NCBI RefSeq assembly: GCF_019464535.1
Contig: NZ_CP080507.1
Coordinates: 2,700,001-2,732,000 of the forward strand
Reading direction: 5' to 3'
DNA: 32,000 nucleotides
Origin: Horticoccus luteus
Lineage (GTDB): Bacteria > Verrucomicrobiota > Verrucomicrobiia > Opitutales > Opitutaceae
The notes beneath the pieces were generated by a model. It ran no database searches. It was given only the letters and a program-made list of their open reading frames with translations, and was not told the DNA's origin. Below are positions 25,263 to 32,000 of the stretch, one piece after another. The number at the start of each line of letters is the position of its first letter. Within the stretch, counting starts at the first letter, position 1. Both the position numbers and the translations under genes were made by a program.

Positions 25263-25964
25263 ATGGCCTTTCGCTCCACGCTCTTTGTTCTCCTCACGCT
25301 CGCCAGCGCCGCCTCGCTCGCCGCCGAGACGTCCTACCAGTGGACCTTTAACGACCAGCCCGGCACCGCGCTCACCAAAGTCGGCGGCCCCGTCTCCTGG
25401 TCCAACGATCTCGACCAGACCGCCACCACCGGTCGCGGCACCCTGCGGATCCGCCGCGGCCACAGCACCACCCCCAACACCTTCGCCCCTCTCCCCGCCG
25501 CGTGGGCGCAACAGCCGCTCTGGCTCGTCGTGCGCGTCCGCGGCTGGAATCTCTCCGGCAAATCCCCCGAACTCGTCCGCCTCGGCTTCAGTTCCTCCGA
25601 CCATGAGAAAACCCCCTCCGTCGTCGCACAGATAAAAATCGCCCGCGAAGACGACGCCGTTCGCCTCTCCGCGGAAGCGACCGGCGGCGGCACCAACCTC
25701 GCACCAGTCGCGTTGCGCGGCGCGATTTCCAACCGCACCGTCATCGTCGTCCTGCACCTCGATCCGGGCGCGCGCACCTACGACGTCAACTTTCGCATCG
25801 AAGGCGCCAGTTGGCAGCAACTCGGCGCCGGCACAATCGCCGACGGCCGCGCCCCCCAATTTCTCCGCTTGGGCGTGAGCGGGCCGTTCGACACCAAACG
25901 CGCCGAATACTTCGACCTCGACGACCTCCTCGTGACGACCGTCAAACCTGCCGATCTCCCGTAA
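25263..25964 (+). CDS. secreted hypothetical protein (233 aa), possibly a beta-sandwich
   Basis: Signal peptide MAFRSTLFVLLTLASAASLAAE. The rest is beta-rich with alternating patterns (LWLVVRVRGW, VVAQIKIARE, VIVVLHLDP, YDVNFRIEG). GC3-rich codon usage is like its neighbours. I recognise no motif. Confidence 0.65.
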   Translation: MAFRSTLFVLLTLASAASLAAETSYQWTFNDQPGTALTKVGGPVSWSNDLDQTATTGRGTLRIRRGHSTTPNTFAPLPAAWAQQPLWLVVRVRGWNLSGKSPELVRLGFSSSDHEKTPSVVAQIKIAREDDAVRLSAEATGGGTNLAPVALRGAISNRTVIVVLHLDPGARTYDVNFRIEGASWQQLGAGTIADGRAPQFLRLGVSGPFDTKRAEYFDLDDLLVTTVKPADLP

Positions 25965-26024
25965 CGCCCGCTCGCCGCTCGCGCCCCGTTTTCGGTCCCG
26001 CCTTCTCTTCGCCTGTCTCTCGCC

Positions 26025-29000
26025 GTGAAGCCTTCCCGTCTCGCCGCCTTGATCGTCAGCGTCTGCGTCGCCCTCTGCGCCGCCGCCCAACTCGCGCGCG
26101 CCCAGCCCTACGTCGTCGGACAAAAATATTACGACGATTTCGCGACCAAATACATCGAATATATCCCCGGCGATTTACCCATCGTCATCACCGCACCACA
26201 CGGCGGATCGCTGACCCCGTTCGCCATACCCGATCGCGCCAATGGCACCTACACGATCGATGGCGTCAGCTATACTTTTGCCGCCAACACCAGCAACGAG
26301 ATCGTTACCGCCACCGATCTGAACACCGAAGACTTGGCCACCAAAGTGGTGAACGAGATTCTGGCCCGCACGGGCCATCGCCCGCATTTGATTATCTGTC
26401 ACTTGAAGCGCTCGAAGCTTGACGCGAACCGGGAGAAGACCGCCGCCGCACTCGGCAACCCGATCGCAGGCGCCGCTTGGGACGCCTACCAGGCGTTCAT
26501 CCTGGCCGCTCGCGCGACCGTGACGCGTGATTTCGGATTCTCCTTTCACGTCGATCTTCACGGGCACGGACACACCAACCAGCGACTCGAGCTCGGCTAC
26601 AACCTCTCCAGTTCCGACCTCGGTGTAAGTGACGCCGCCCTCAATCGCGCCGGGGTGCTCTACGATACCTCCGTGCGCACGCTGCCGCTCAACCGACCCG
26701 ACGTCACTCTCGCCACGGTCCTGCGCGGCTCCCGTAGCATTGGCGATTTCATGAGCACGTTGGGGTTCCCCGCTTGCCCGAGCCCGCAGGATCCTCAGCC
26801 CAAAGACAGCAGTTTTTTTCAAGGCGGCTACACCACGCGCACCCACACCTGCTGGACCGACAACGGCATCGATCACGGCCTCCAGATCGAATGCAATTCT
26901 GACGCCCGCACCGACGCCAACCGTCCGCTCTTCGCCGCCGCGCTCGCCCAAGCCCTCAACGCCGTCCTCTTCGACAACTACGGCTACAGCCTCGGCGCCG
27001 CCCCCATTTATCGTCTCTCCGCACCCACCACGACGCTCACCGCCGGCGGCCCCAGCGTCACGGTCACCCTCCAGCGCAGCGGTTACGCCGCCTCCGCCGA
27101 TACCGTCGCCCTGAGCTTCGGCGGCAACGCCCTTCGCGGCACCGACTACACCGCCTCCGCCACCACCGTGTCGTTTTCCAGCGGGGAAACCTCGCGCACC
27201 ATCACGCTCACGCCGCTGACTGTCGGCGGCTCCGCCGACAAAACCATCACCGTTCAACTCGCCCCCGTCGTCCCGCAAACCGCCGACACCACTCCGCTCA
27301 CCTTCGCGCTCGCCAGTGGATCGTTGCCCATCGTGCGCGTCACCGCCGACGCCGCCACCGTCAGCGAGTCCGCCGGCTCCGCGATCTTCCGTTTCACCCG
27401 CACCACCTCCGTCGGCCCCCTCACCGTCAACGTCGCGTGGAGTGGCGATGCGACCGTCGGCCGCCACTATCTCGAGCCGATCGGATCGAGCTTCACCTTC
27501 GCCGACGGCCAATCCGAATTCGCCCTCACTGTCCCGTTGATCGACGACGGCCGCCCAGATCCTGCGCGCCAGCTCACGTTGAGCGTCACCTCGGGAACCG
27601 GCTACGTCCTCGGCACGCGCCCGTCCGCGACCGTGCAAATCACCGACGACGATCATCCCGCCGGCCTCGCCCTCTGGCTCGCTCGCGGTCTCGATGGCAA
27701 CCGCCTCCCCGACGACTCCGGCCAAGGCCGCGATGGCGCCGGCGTGCCCGGCAACGCCCCCACGCCCACGACCTGGACGACCGGCAACGCTTCCGGCAGC
27801 GGCCTCGCATTCAACGGCGCCTATCAAGCCGCGCTCGTCCCCCGCTTCACCGTCGATCCGCAAAACGCGTTCACCCTCTCGTTCCGTTTTCGCACCAGCG
27901 CTTACTCGACCAACCAATACCTCGTTTCCTACGGGCCGCGCGACTCCGCCGGCAGCCTCACGGTTTACATGACGAGTGCGACGACGCTCCGCACCTCCCT
28001 CAACAACTCCGCGGGCACGCTCAACGCCGCCGACCTCGACACCGCCATTCCCAATCTCACCAACAACACCTGGCGCCTCTACACGCTCACGGTCGACCCG
28101 ACCGGCGGACGTCGCGTTTACATCGACGGCGTGCTGCAAAAATCCGCCGGCGGCTGGTCCGGCTCGCTCTCGCCCACCGAACTTTTCTGGCTCGGCTGGC
28201 GCGCGCAAGCCACCACCTCGAGCGCCAATTATTTCACCGGCTCCCTCGCCGATGTCCGCGTTTATCAACGCGCGCTTTCCGCCGCCGAGGTCACCTCGCT
28301 TTCTTCCGGCACCTCCACATTTGCGACGTGGCTCGCCGAGCAAGGCCTGCCCGCCAACGAACACGTTTACGACGACGACGACGCCGATGGCTGGGGCGCC
28401 GCCCTCGAATACGCTCTCGGCACCAATCCCCTCGCCGCCGCCTCCGCGCCCGTCATCACCGCCACGCGCGGCGACGGCACCGTGCAATTCGATTTCACCC
28501 GCCGCACCGACACGACCGACGTCGCCCTCGCCCTCGAATACGCCACGTCGTCCTCCGGCCCGTGGTTCGGCGTCGCCTCGCTCGCCGCCGGCGCCTCGAC
28601 CTGGAACGCCGACCCTGACGTCGTCGCGACCGACGCGGCCGGCGCCGTCTCGCTCCTCGTCAACGACGAAACCACGCCGCGCTTGTGGCGCCTGCGCGCT
28701 GCCATCGGCGTCAACACCACCGCCACCGAAATCACGCCCTCCGTCGCTCCCGTGTTCACCACGCAGCCCGTCGCGCAATCCGCGATCACCGGCACCACCG
28801 TCACCCTCAGCGTCGCCGCCACGGGCCTGCCCGCACCGGTTTATCAGTGGGCCAAAGACGGCGTCGCGCTCCCTGGCGAGACCTCTCCCACACTCACGCT
28901 CGCCAACGCCCAACCCTCTGCCAGCGGCGCCTACACGGTCGTCGCCTCCAACTCCGCCGGCTCCGCCACCAGCACCCTTGCGCAGGTCGTCATCGGCGAT

Positions 29001-30806
29001 GCCCCCGTCATCCTCGCCGCGCCCACGTCTGAATCCGTCGTCGCCGGCACCCACGTCGCACTCTCCGTCACCGCCTTCGGCGCCGACCCGCTCACGTATC
29101 AATGGCGCAAAAACGACGTCGACCTCCCCGGCGCCACGGCCGCGACGCTTGCATTCACCCCGGTGCAGATGTCCGACGCTGGCAACTACAGCGTCGTCGT
29201 CACCAACCCCCTCGGCAGCACCTCGAGCAGCGCGGCCACGCTCACCGTCGTCGCCACCGCCATCGCGCCAACCATCACGGCACCGCCGCAGTCGCAGACG
29301 CTTTACACCGGCCAGACCCTCGCGCTCTCGGTGACGCCCGCCGGCACGAGCCCGTTCACCTACCAATGGGCCAAGGACAACGCCCCGCTCACCGGCGCCA
29401 CCGCCGCCACGTTCAACGTCGCGTCCGCCGCGGTCACCGATGCGGGCAACTACACCGTCACCATCACCAACGATGCCGGCTCGATCACCAGCGCACCTGC
29501 CTCCGTCGCGGTCACGACCGCCACCGCGCCTGCGATTACGACGCAGCCCGTCGCACAATCCGTCATCGCCGGCGCGACCGTCACCTTCAGCGTCGCCGCA
29601 AGCGGCAATCCCGCGCCCGCGTATCAATGGAGCCGCAACAGCACGCCCCTCGCCGGCGCTACGTCCGCGACGCTCGTGCTTACCAACGTCACCTCCGCCG
29701 ACGCCGGCCTCTACTCCGTCGTCGTGACGAACCCTGGCGGCAGCGTCGGGAGTCTCGCCGTCAACCTCACCGTCCTCACGCCTCCCACCATCGCCACGCA
29801 GCCGCAATCCCGCGCGTCCGTCGAAGGCAGCGAAGTCACGTTCACCGTCGCGGTCAGCGGCTCCGGCCCGTTCACTTACCAATGGCGCAGAAACGGCGTC
29901 GCCCTCTCCGGCGCGACGTCCGCTTCCCTCACGTTGACCAACCTCGCGTCGACTGACGCCGGCACTTACAACGTCGTCGTGACGGGCGCAGGCGGCACGG
30001 TGCCCAGCGCCGACGCCACCCTCACGGTCGCGCCGCCCAGCTATCTTTCCAACCTCTCCGTGCGCGCCGCGATGGACGAGGGCCAGACGCTCATCGTCGG
30101 CTTCGTGGTAAGCGGCACCGCCAAACCCATCCTCGTGCGCGCCGCCGGCCCCGCCCTCGACACGTTCGGCCTGGCCGGCGTTGCCGACCCGCATCTCGCC
30201 CTTTACCAAGGAACCAACCTCGTCGCCGGCAACGACGATTGGGACGATTCACTCGCAACCGTCTTCACCCACCTCGGAGCGTTTCCGTTTACCTCCGGCA
30301 GCAAAGACGCCGCCCTCCTGCAAACCCTCACCGGCGTTTACACCGCGCAAGCATCGGGCACCGGCAACGGCAGCGTGCTCGTCGAAGCTTACGACGCGCA
30401 GGCCGGTTCCGCCGCGCGCTTCACCAACTTGTCCGCGCGTTTTCACGTCGGCACCGGGAGCGATATTCTCATCGCCGGTTTCGCCGTGGGCGGCGGCGGC
30501 TACAAAGCCGTGCTCATCCGCGCCGTCGGTCCCGCGCTCGCCGCCTTCGGCGTGCCCGGCACGCTCGCCGACCCCAAACTCTCGATCTACGATCAGAACG
30601 GCAACTTCATCGTCGGGAACGATAATTGGTCCGGCACGCTCGTGCCCATCTTCAAACGCCTCGGCGCGTTCCCCCTCTATGACGGCAGCGCGGACGCCGC
30701 CATCCTCGTTTCCCTCGAGGCCGGCAAATCCTACACCGTGCAAGTCGTCGGCGCCGACGGCGGCACCGGCGAAGCGCTCGTCGAGATCTACGACAACAAC
30801 CCGTAG
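26025..30806 (+). CDS. 1593-aa secreted multidomain protein: FGase-like hydrolase, 2 Calx-beta-like, LamG-like lectin, linker domain, 5 Ig-like, tandem C-terminal module
   Basis: GTG start and signal LAALIVSVCVALCAAAQLARA. FGase-like region ~26110..26995 (IVITAPHGG..IPDR, TATDLNTEDLA, LKRSKLDANRE, FHVDLHGHGH, GGYTTRTH, IECN). Calx-beta-like ~27000..27290 and ~27330..27655 (GTDYTASATTVSFSSGETSRTITLTP; ..FTFADGQSEFALTVPLIDDGRPD). LamG-like ~27660..28310 (..WRLYTLTVDPTGGRRVYIDGVL..GSLADVRVYQRALSAAEV). DDDDADGWGAALEYALGTNP motif. Ig-like x5 28743..30038. Tandem module 30039..30803 ending EALVEIYDNNP. Confidence 0.9.
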   Translation: MKPSRLAALIVSVCVALCAAAQLARAQPYVVGQKYYDDFATKYIEYIPGDLPIVITAPHGGSLTPFAIPDRANGTYTIDGVSYTFAANTSNEIVTATDLNTEDLATKVVNEILARTGHRPHLIICHLKRSKLDANREKTAAALGNPIAGAAWDAYQAFILAARATVTRDFGFSFHVDLHGHGHTNQRLELGYNLSSSDLGVSDAALNRAGVLYDTSVRTLPLNRPDVTLATVLRGSRSIGDFMSTLGFPACPSPQDPQPKDSSFFQGGYTTRTHTCWTDNGIDHGLQIECNSDARTDANRPLFAAALAQALNAVLFDNYGYSLGAAPIYRLSAPTTTLTAGGPSVTVTLQRSGYAASADTVALSFGGNALRGTDYTASATTVSFSSGETSRTITLTPLTVGGSADKTITVQLAPVVPQTADTTPLTFALASGSLPIVRVTADAATVSESAGSAIFRFTRTTSVGPLTVNVAWSGDATVGRHYLEPIGSSFTFADGQSEFALTVPLIDDGRPDPARQLTLSVTSGTGYVLGTRPSATVQITDDDHPAGLALWLARGLDGNRLPDDSGQGRDGAGVPGNAPTPTTWTTGNASGSGLAFNGAYQAALVPRFTVDPQNAFTLSFRFRTSAYSTNQYLVSYGPRDSAGSLTVYMTSATTLRTSLNNSAGTLNAADLDTAIPNLTNNTWRLYTLTVDPTGGRRVYIDGVLQKSAGGWSGSLSPTELFWLGWRAQATTSSANYFTGSLADVRVYQRALSAAEVTSLSSGTSTFATWLAEQGLPANEHVYDDDDADGWGAALEYALGTNPLAAASAPVITATRGDGTVQFDFTRRTDTTDVALALEYATSSSGPWFGVASLAAGASTWNADPDVVATDAAGAVSLLVNDETTPRLWRLRAAIGVNTTATEITPSVAPVFTTQPVAQSAITGTTVTLSVAATGLPAPVYQWAKDGVALPGETSPTLTLANAQPSASGAYTVVASNSAGSATSTLAQVVIGDAPVILAAPTSESVVAGTHVALSVTAFGADPLTYQWRKNDVDLPGATAATLAFTPVQMSDAGNYSVVVTNPLGSTSSSAATLTVVATAIAPTITAPPQSQTLYTGQTLALSVTPAGTSPFTYQWAKDNAPLTGATAATFNVASAAVTDAGNYTVTITNDAGSITSAPASVAVTTATAPAITTQPVAQSVIAGATVTFSVAASGNPAPAYQWSRNSTPLAGATSATLVLTNVTSADAGLYSVVVTNPGGSVGSLAVNLTVLTPPTIATQPQSRASVEGSEVTFTVAVSGSGPFTYQWRRNGVALSGATSASLTLTNLASTDAGTYNVVVTGAGGTVPSADATLTVAPPSYLSNLSVRAAMDEGQTLIVGFVVSGTAKPILVRAAGPALDTFGLAGVADPHLALYQGTNLVAGNDDWDDSLATVFTHLGAFPFTSGSKDAALLQTLTGVYTAQASGTGNGSVLVEAYDAQAGSAARFTNLSARFHVGTGSDILIAGFAVGGGGYKAVLIRAVGPALAAFGVPGTLADPKLSIYDQNGNFIVGNDNWSGTLVPIFKRLGAFPLYDGSADAAILVSLEAGKSYTVQVVGADGGTGEALVEIYDNNP
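28743..30038 (+). repeat. 5 tandem Ig-like (I-set-like) domain repeats, about 86 aa period, inside the CDS
   Basis: Each unit has the pattern (I/F)TTQP..Q(S/T)...G..V.(L/F)SV.A.G..P..YQW(A/R/S)(K/R)(D/N).. L.GAT.ATL.(L/F)..V...DAG.Y.VVVTN..GS..S..A.LTV. Confidence 0.8.
30039..30803 (+). repeat. tandem duplication of the uncharacterised ~125-aa C-terminal module (copy set 2)
   Basis: SYLSNLSVRAAMDEGQTLIVGFVVSGTAKPILVRAAGPALDTFGL..DPHLALYQ..NDDWD.. and FTNLSARFHVGTGSDILIAGFAVGGGGYKAVLIRAVGPALAAFGV..DPKLSIYD..NDNWS... Roughly two-thirds aa identity by eye to 15469..16239. Shared exact nucleotide runs of 26 nt (15514..15539 = 30081..30106) and 20 nt (15559..15578 = 30126..30145). Confidence 0.7.
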
Positions 30807-30986
30807 CGCCCGCCCGTCGCCCGACCGTTCACCGCCGTAGCGCACATCCTCCGCCGGCGCTACACCCCTCTGCTCCGCCTGCCCGCGGAGCGCACGCGTC
30901 TCGTGAGCGGATTGTCCGAATTCGCCGGACTGTCGCTCCAGCGCTTTCCGCGCTTCCTTGGACGCTCACCCAACCCCGCTCCTCTC

Positions 30987-32000
30987 ATGTCGCCCTTCCT
31001 GCTGCGCCGCTGCGCCGGTGTCTCCCTCGCTCTCCTCCTCACCATGCAAGCTTTTGGTCACATCGGGGATCGTTTCCCCGCGGAAAAGAAGATCGTCGTC
31101 GATCCCGTCACCGGCGCTCCGCTGAGTTTTCTCACCAGCCAGCCGCGCGGCGATTCCAAGATCTATCAAACGCATCACCAATGGACCTCCGACGGCCAGT
31201 GGGTCGTCTTCCGCTCCAACCGCGTGCGCGGCCAGGCGATGGCGGTCAACGAGCACACGGGCGACATCGTGCAAGTCACCGAACACGGTTACTCCGGCAT
31301 GCTCTGCCTCGCCGACCACTCGATGAACCTGTATTTCGTGCGTCTGCCCGAAAGCCAACCGCCGACCGCCGTGACCGGTGCCGAACCCGCCACGCCCGCC
31401 GTTAAAGCCGGCGAATCCCACGGCGCCGCGCAAATCGTGCGCGTCGATCTCGGCAAACTTTTCCTCGACAGCGCGGCCGGCACCGTCGGCCCCGCCACCG
31501 ATTACGAACACGTGTGCGGCGTCGTCCCATCGGAGTTGGGCGCCGTCGGCGACGTCGCCCTCGATTGTACGGAAGATTACGCCTACTTCCGCGTGGCCGG
31601 CCGTGACGTCGCGCAACGCCACCTCGCACCGGGCACCAAGCTCGAGCCCGACTTCGGCCCGCGTCACATGGGCGCCGGCCCGACGGGTCTCGCCAGCATG
31701 AACCTGCACACCGGCGAGGTGAAATTCATCGTCGCCGTGCCCTTTCAAATTGGCCACGTGCAGACCAATCCTTGGGTGCCCGGCGAAATCGTCTTTTGCT
31801 GGGAAACCGGCGGCAAAGCTCCCCAGCGCACGTGGACGGTCCGCGCCGATGGCACCGGCTTGCGTCCGCTTTATCCGGAAGCGTCCTACGATTGGGTCAC
31901 GCACGAAGCGGTCATCACCAAAGACGAAGTGGCGATGGCGCTCATGGGCCACCGCCCCGTCGGCACCGACGACGCGTGGGGCGCCTGCGGCACGCGCGAA
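30987..32000 (+). CDS. partial CDS (3' end beyond window): secreted beta-propeller protein, oligogalacturonate lyase (PL22)-like / TolB-like
   Basis: Not in the ORF track because it has no stop inside the window. Hand translation from ATG 30987 is open for 338 codons: MSPFLLRRCAGVSLALLLTMQAFG (signal) ..KIYQTHHQWTSDGQWVVFRSNRVRGQAMAVNEHTGDIVQVTE.. GHVQTNPWVPGEIVFCWETGG.. These resemble Ogl-family propeller motifs as I remember them. The 328-aa minus-strand track ORF (30966..31952) is its Arg/Gly-rich shadow. Confidence 0.65.
   Translation, partial: MSPFLLRRCAGVSLALLLTMQAFGHIGDRFPAEKKIVVDPVTGAPLSFLTSQPRGDSKIYQTHHQWTSDGQWVVFRSNRVRGQAMAVNEHTGDIVQVTEHGYSGMLCLADHSMNLYFVRLPESQPPTAVTGAEPATPAVKAGESHGAAQIVRVDLGKLFLDSAAGTVGPATDYEHVCGVVPSELGAVGDVALDCTEDYAYFRVAGRDVAQRHLAPGTKLEPDFGPRHMGAGPTGLASMNLHTGEVKFIVAVPFQIGHVQTNPWVPGEIVFCWETGGKAPQRTWTVRADGTGLRPLYPEASYDWVTHEAVITKDEVAMALMGHRPVGTDDAWGACGTRE

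Noticed and set aside
30081-30145. 26-nt and 20-nt exact identities between the two C-terminal module genes as evidence of recent gene conversion
   Set aside because: The identical runs encode conserved peptide stretches (GQTLIVGFV, PILVRAA) in a genome with extreme GC3 codon bias. Flanking third positions differ, so purifying selection plus codon bias explains them without invoking conversion.
26175-30209. 1344-aa minus-strand ORF opposite the 1593-aa giant gene
   Set aside because: Same reasoning: a Gly/Arg/Asp/Ala-rich shadow frame of a plus-strand gene with many recognisable domains.
30835-30863. Inverted repeat GTAGCGC-N13-GCGCTAC after the giant gene
   Set aside because: A 7-bp stem with a 13-nt loop and no following T-run is too weak to call a terminator or operator. 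CCGTAGCGC also occurs at the stop codon (30801..30809), probably by coincidence.
30966-31952. 328-aa minus-strand ORF listed in the track at the right end
   Set aside because: The plus strand is open from ATG 30987 to the window edge. It gives a signal peptide plus beta-propeller/oligogalacturonate-lyase-like motifs. The minus-strand product is Arg/Gly/Ala-rich with no features.
1-32000. Searched by eye for tRNA/rRNA genes, CRISPR repeats, IS/transposase/integrase genes, toxin-antitoxin pairs and classic defence genes
   Set aside because: No T-loop-like GGTTCGAATCC motifs in intergenic DNA, no regularly spaced short repeats, and no transposase/integrase/RT-like translations. RmuC and MoxR-vWA are in their ordinary housekeeping/Bat contexts, not in a recognisable conflict-system arrangement.

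Overview
High-GC bacterial chromosomal window, roughly two-thirds G+C by eye and strongly GC3-biased. I see no rRNA, tRNA, CRISPR array or mobile-element gene. The gene content suggests a Verrucomicrobiota (Opitutae-like) genome, which is inference only: PEP-CTERM anchors, autotransporter-associated beta-strand (PATR) repeat proteins, a MoxR/Bat operon, and pyrimidine-rich leaders without Shine-Dalgarno sequences. Layout: (i) 1-5.2 kb holds housekeeping and regulatory genes: a KAS-like condensing enzyme, a REC-HisKA-HATPase hybrid kinase, rmuC, a MOSC protein and an ArfB-like GGQ rescue factor. (ii) 5.2-12.8 kb is a tightly packed, partly translationally coupled operon: MoxR, DUF58, BatA, BatB, a low-complexity secreted protein, and a BatD/BatE-like fusion. 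(iii) 12.8-32 kb is a cell-surface/secreted-protein island. It has three co-linear PATR paralogues; two end in PEP-CTERM and one ends instead in Ig-like repeats plus an uncharacterised tandem C-terminal module. It also has a 935-aa polytopic GT-C-like membrane protein with a TPR tail on the opposite strand, and two secreted N-formylglutamate-amidohydrolase (FGase)-like paralogues. One paralogue is free-standing; the other is the N-terminal domain of a 1593-aa giant (FGase-like, 2 Calx-beta, LamG-like, 5 Ig, same tandem C-terminal module). A 233-aa secreted orphan and a partial oligogalacturonate-lyase-like beta-propeller running off the right edge complete the island. Most other long ORFs in the six-frame track are antisense or off-frame shadows typical of GC-rich DNA. 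The best candidates for something undescribed are: the FGase-like/lectin/Ig giant with its free-standing paralogue; the shared tandem C-terminal module that sits where the paralogues carry PEP-CTERM; and a conserved ~32-nt element upstream of all three PATR genes. All domain calls are by-eye motif recognition from memory; no searches were run.
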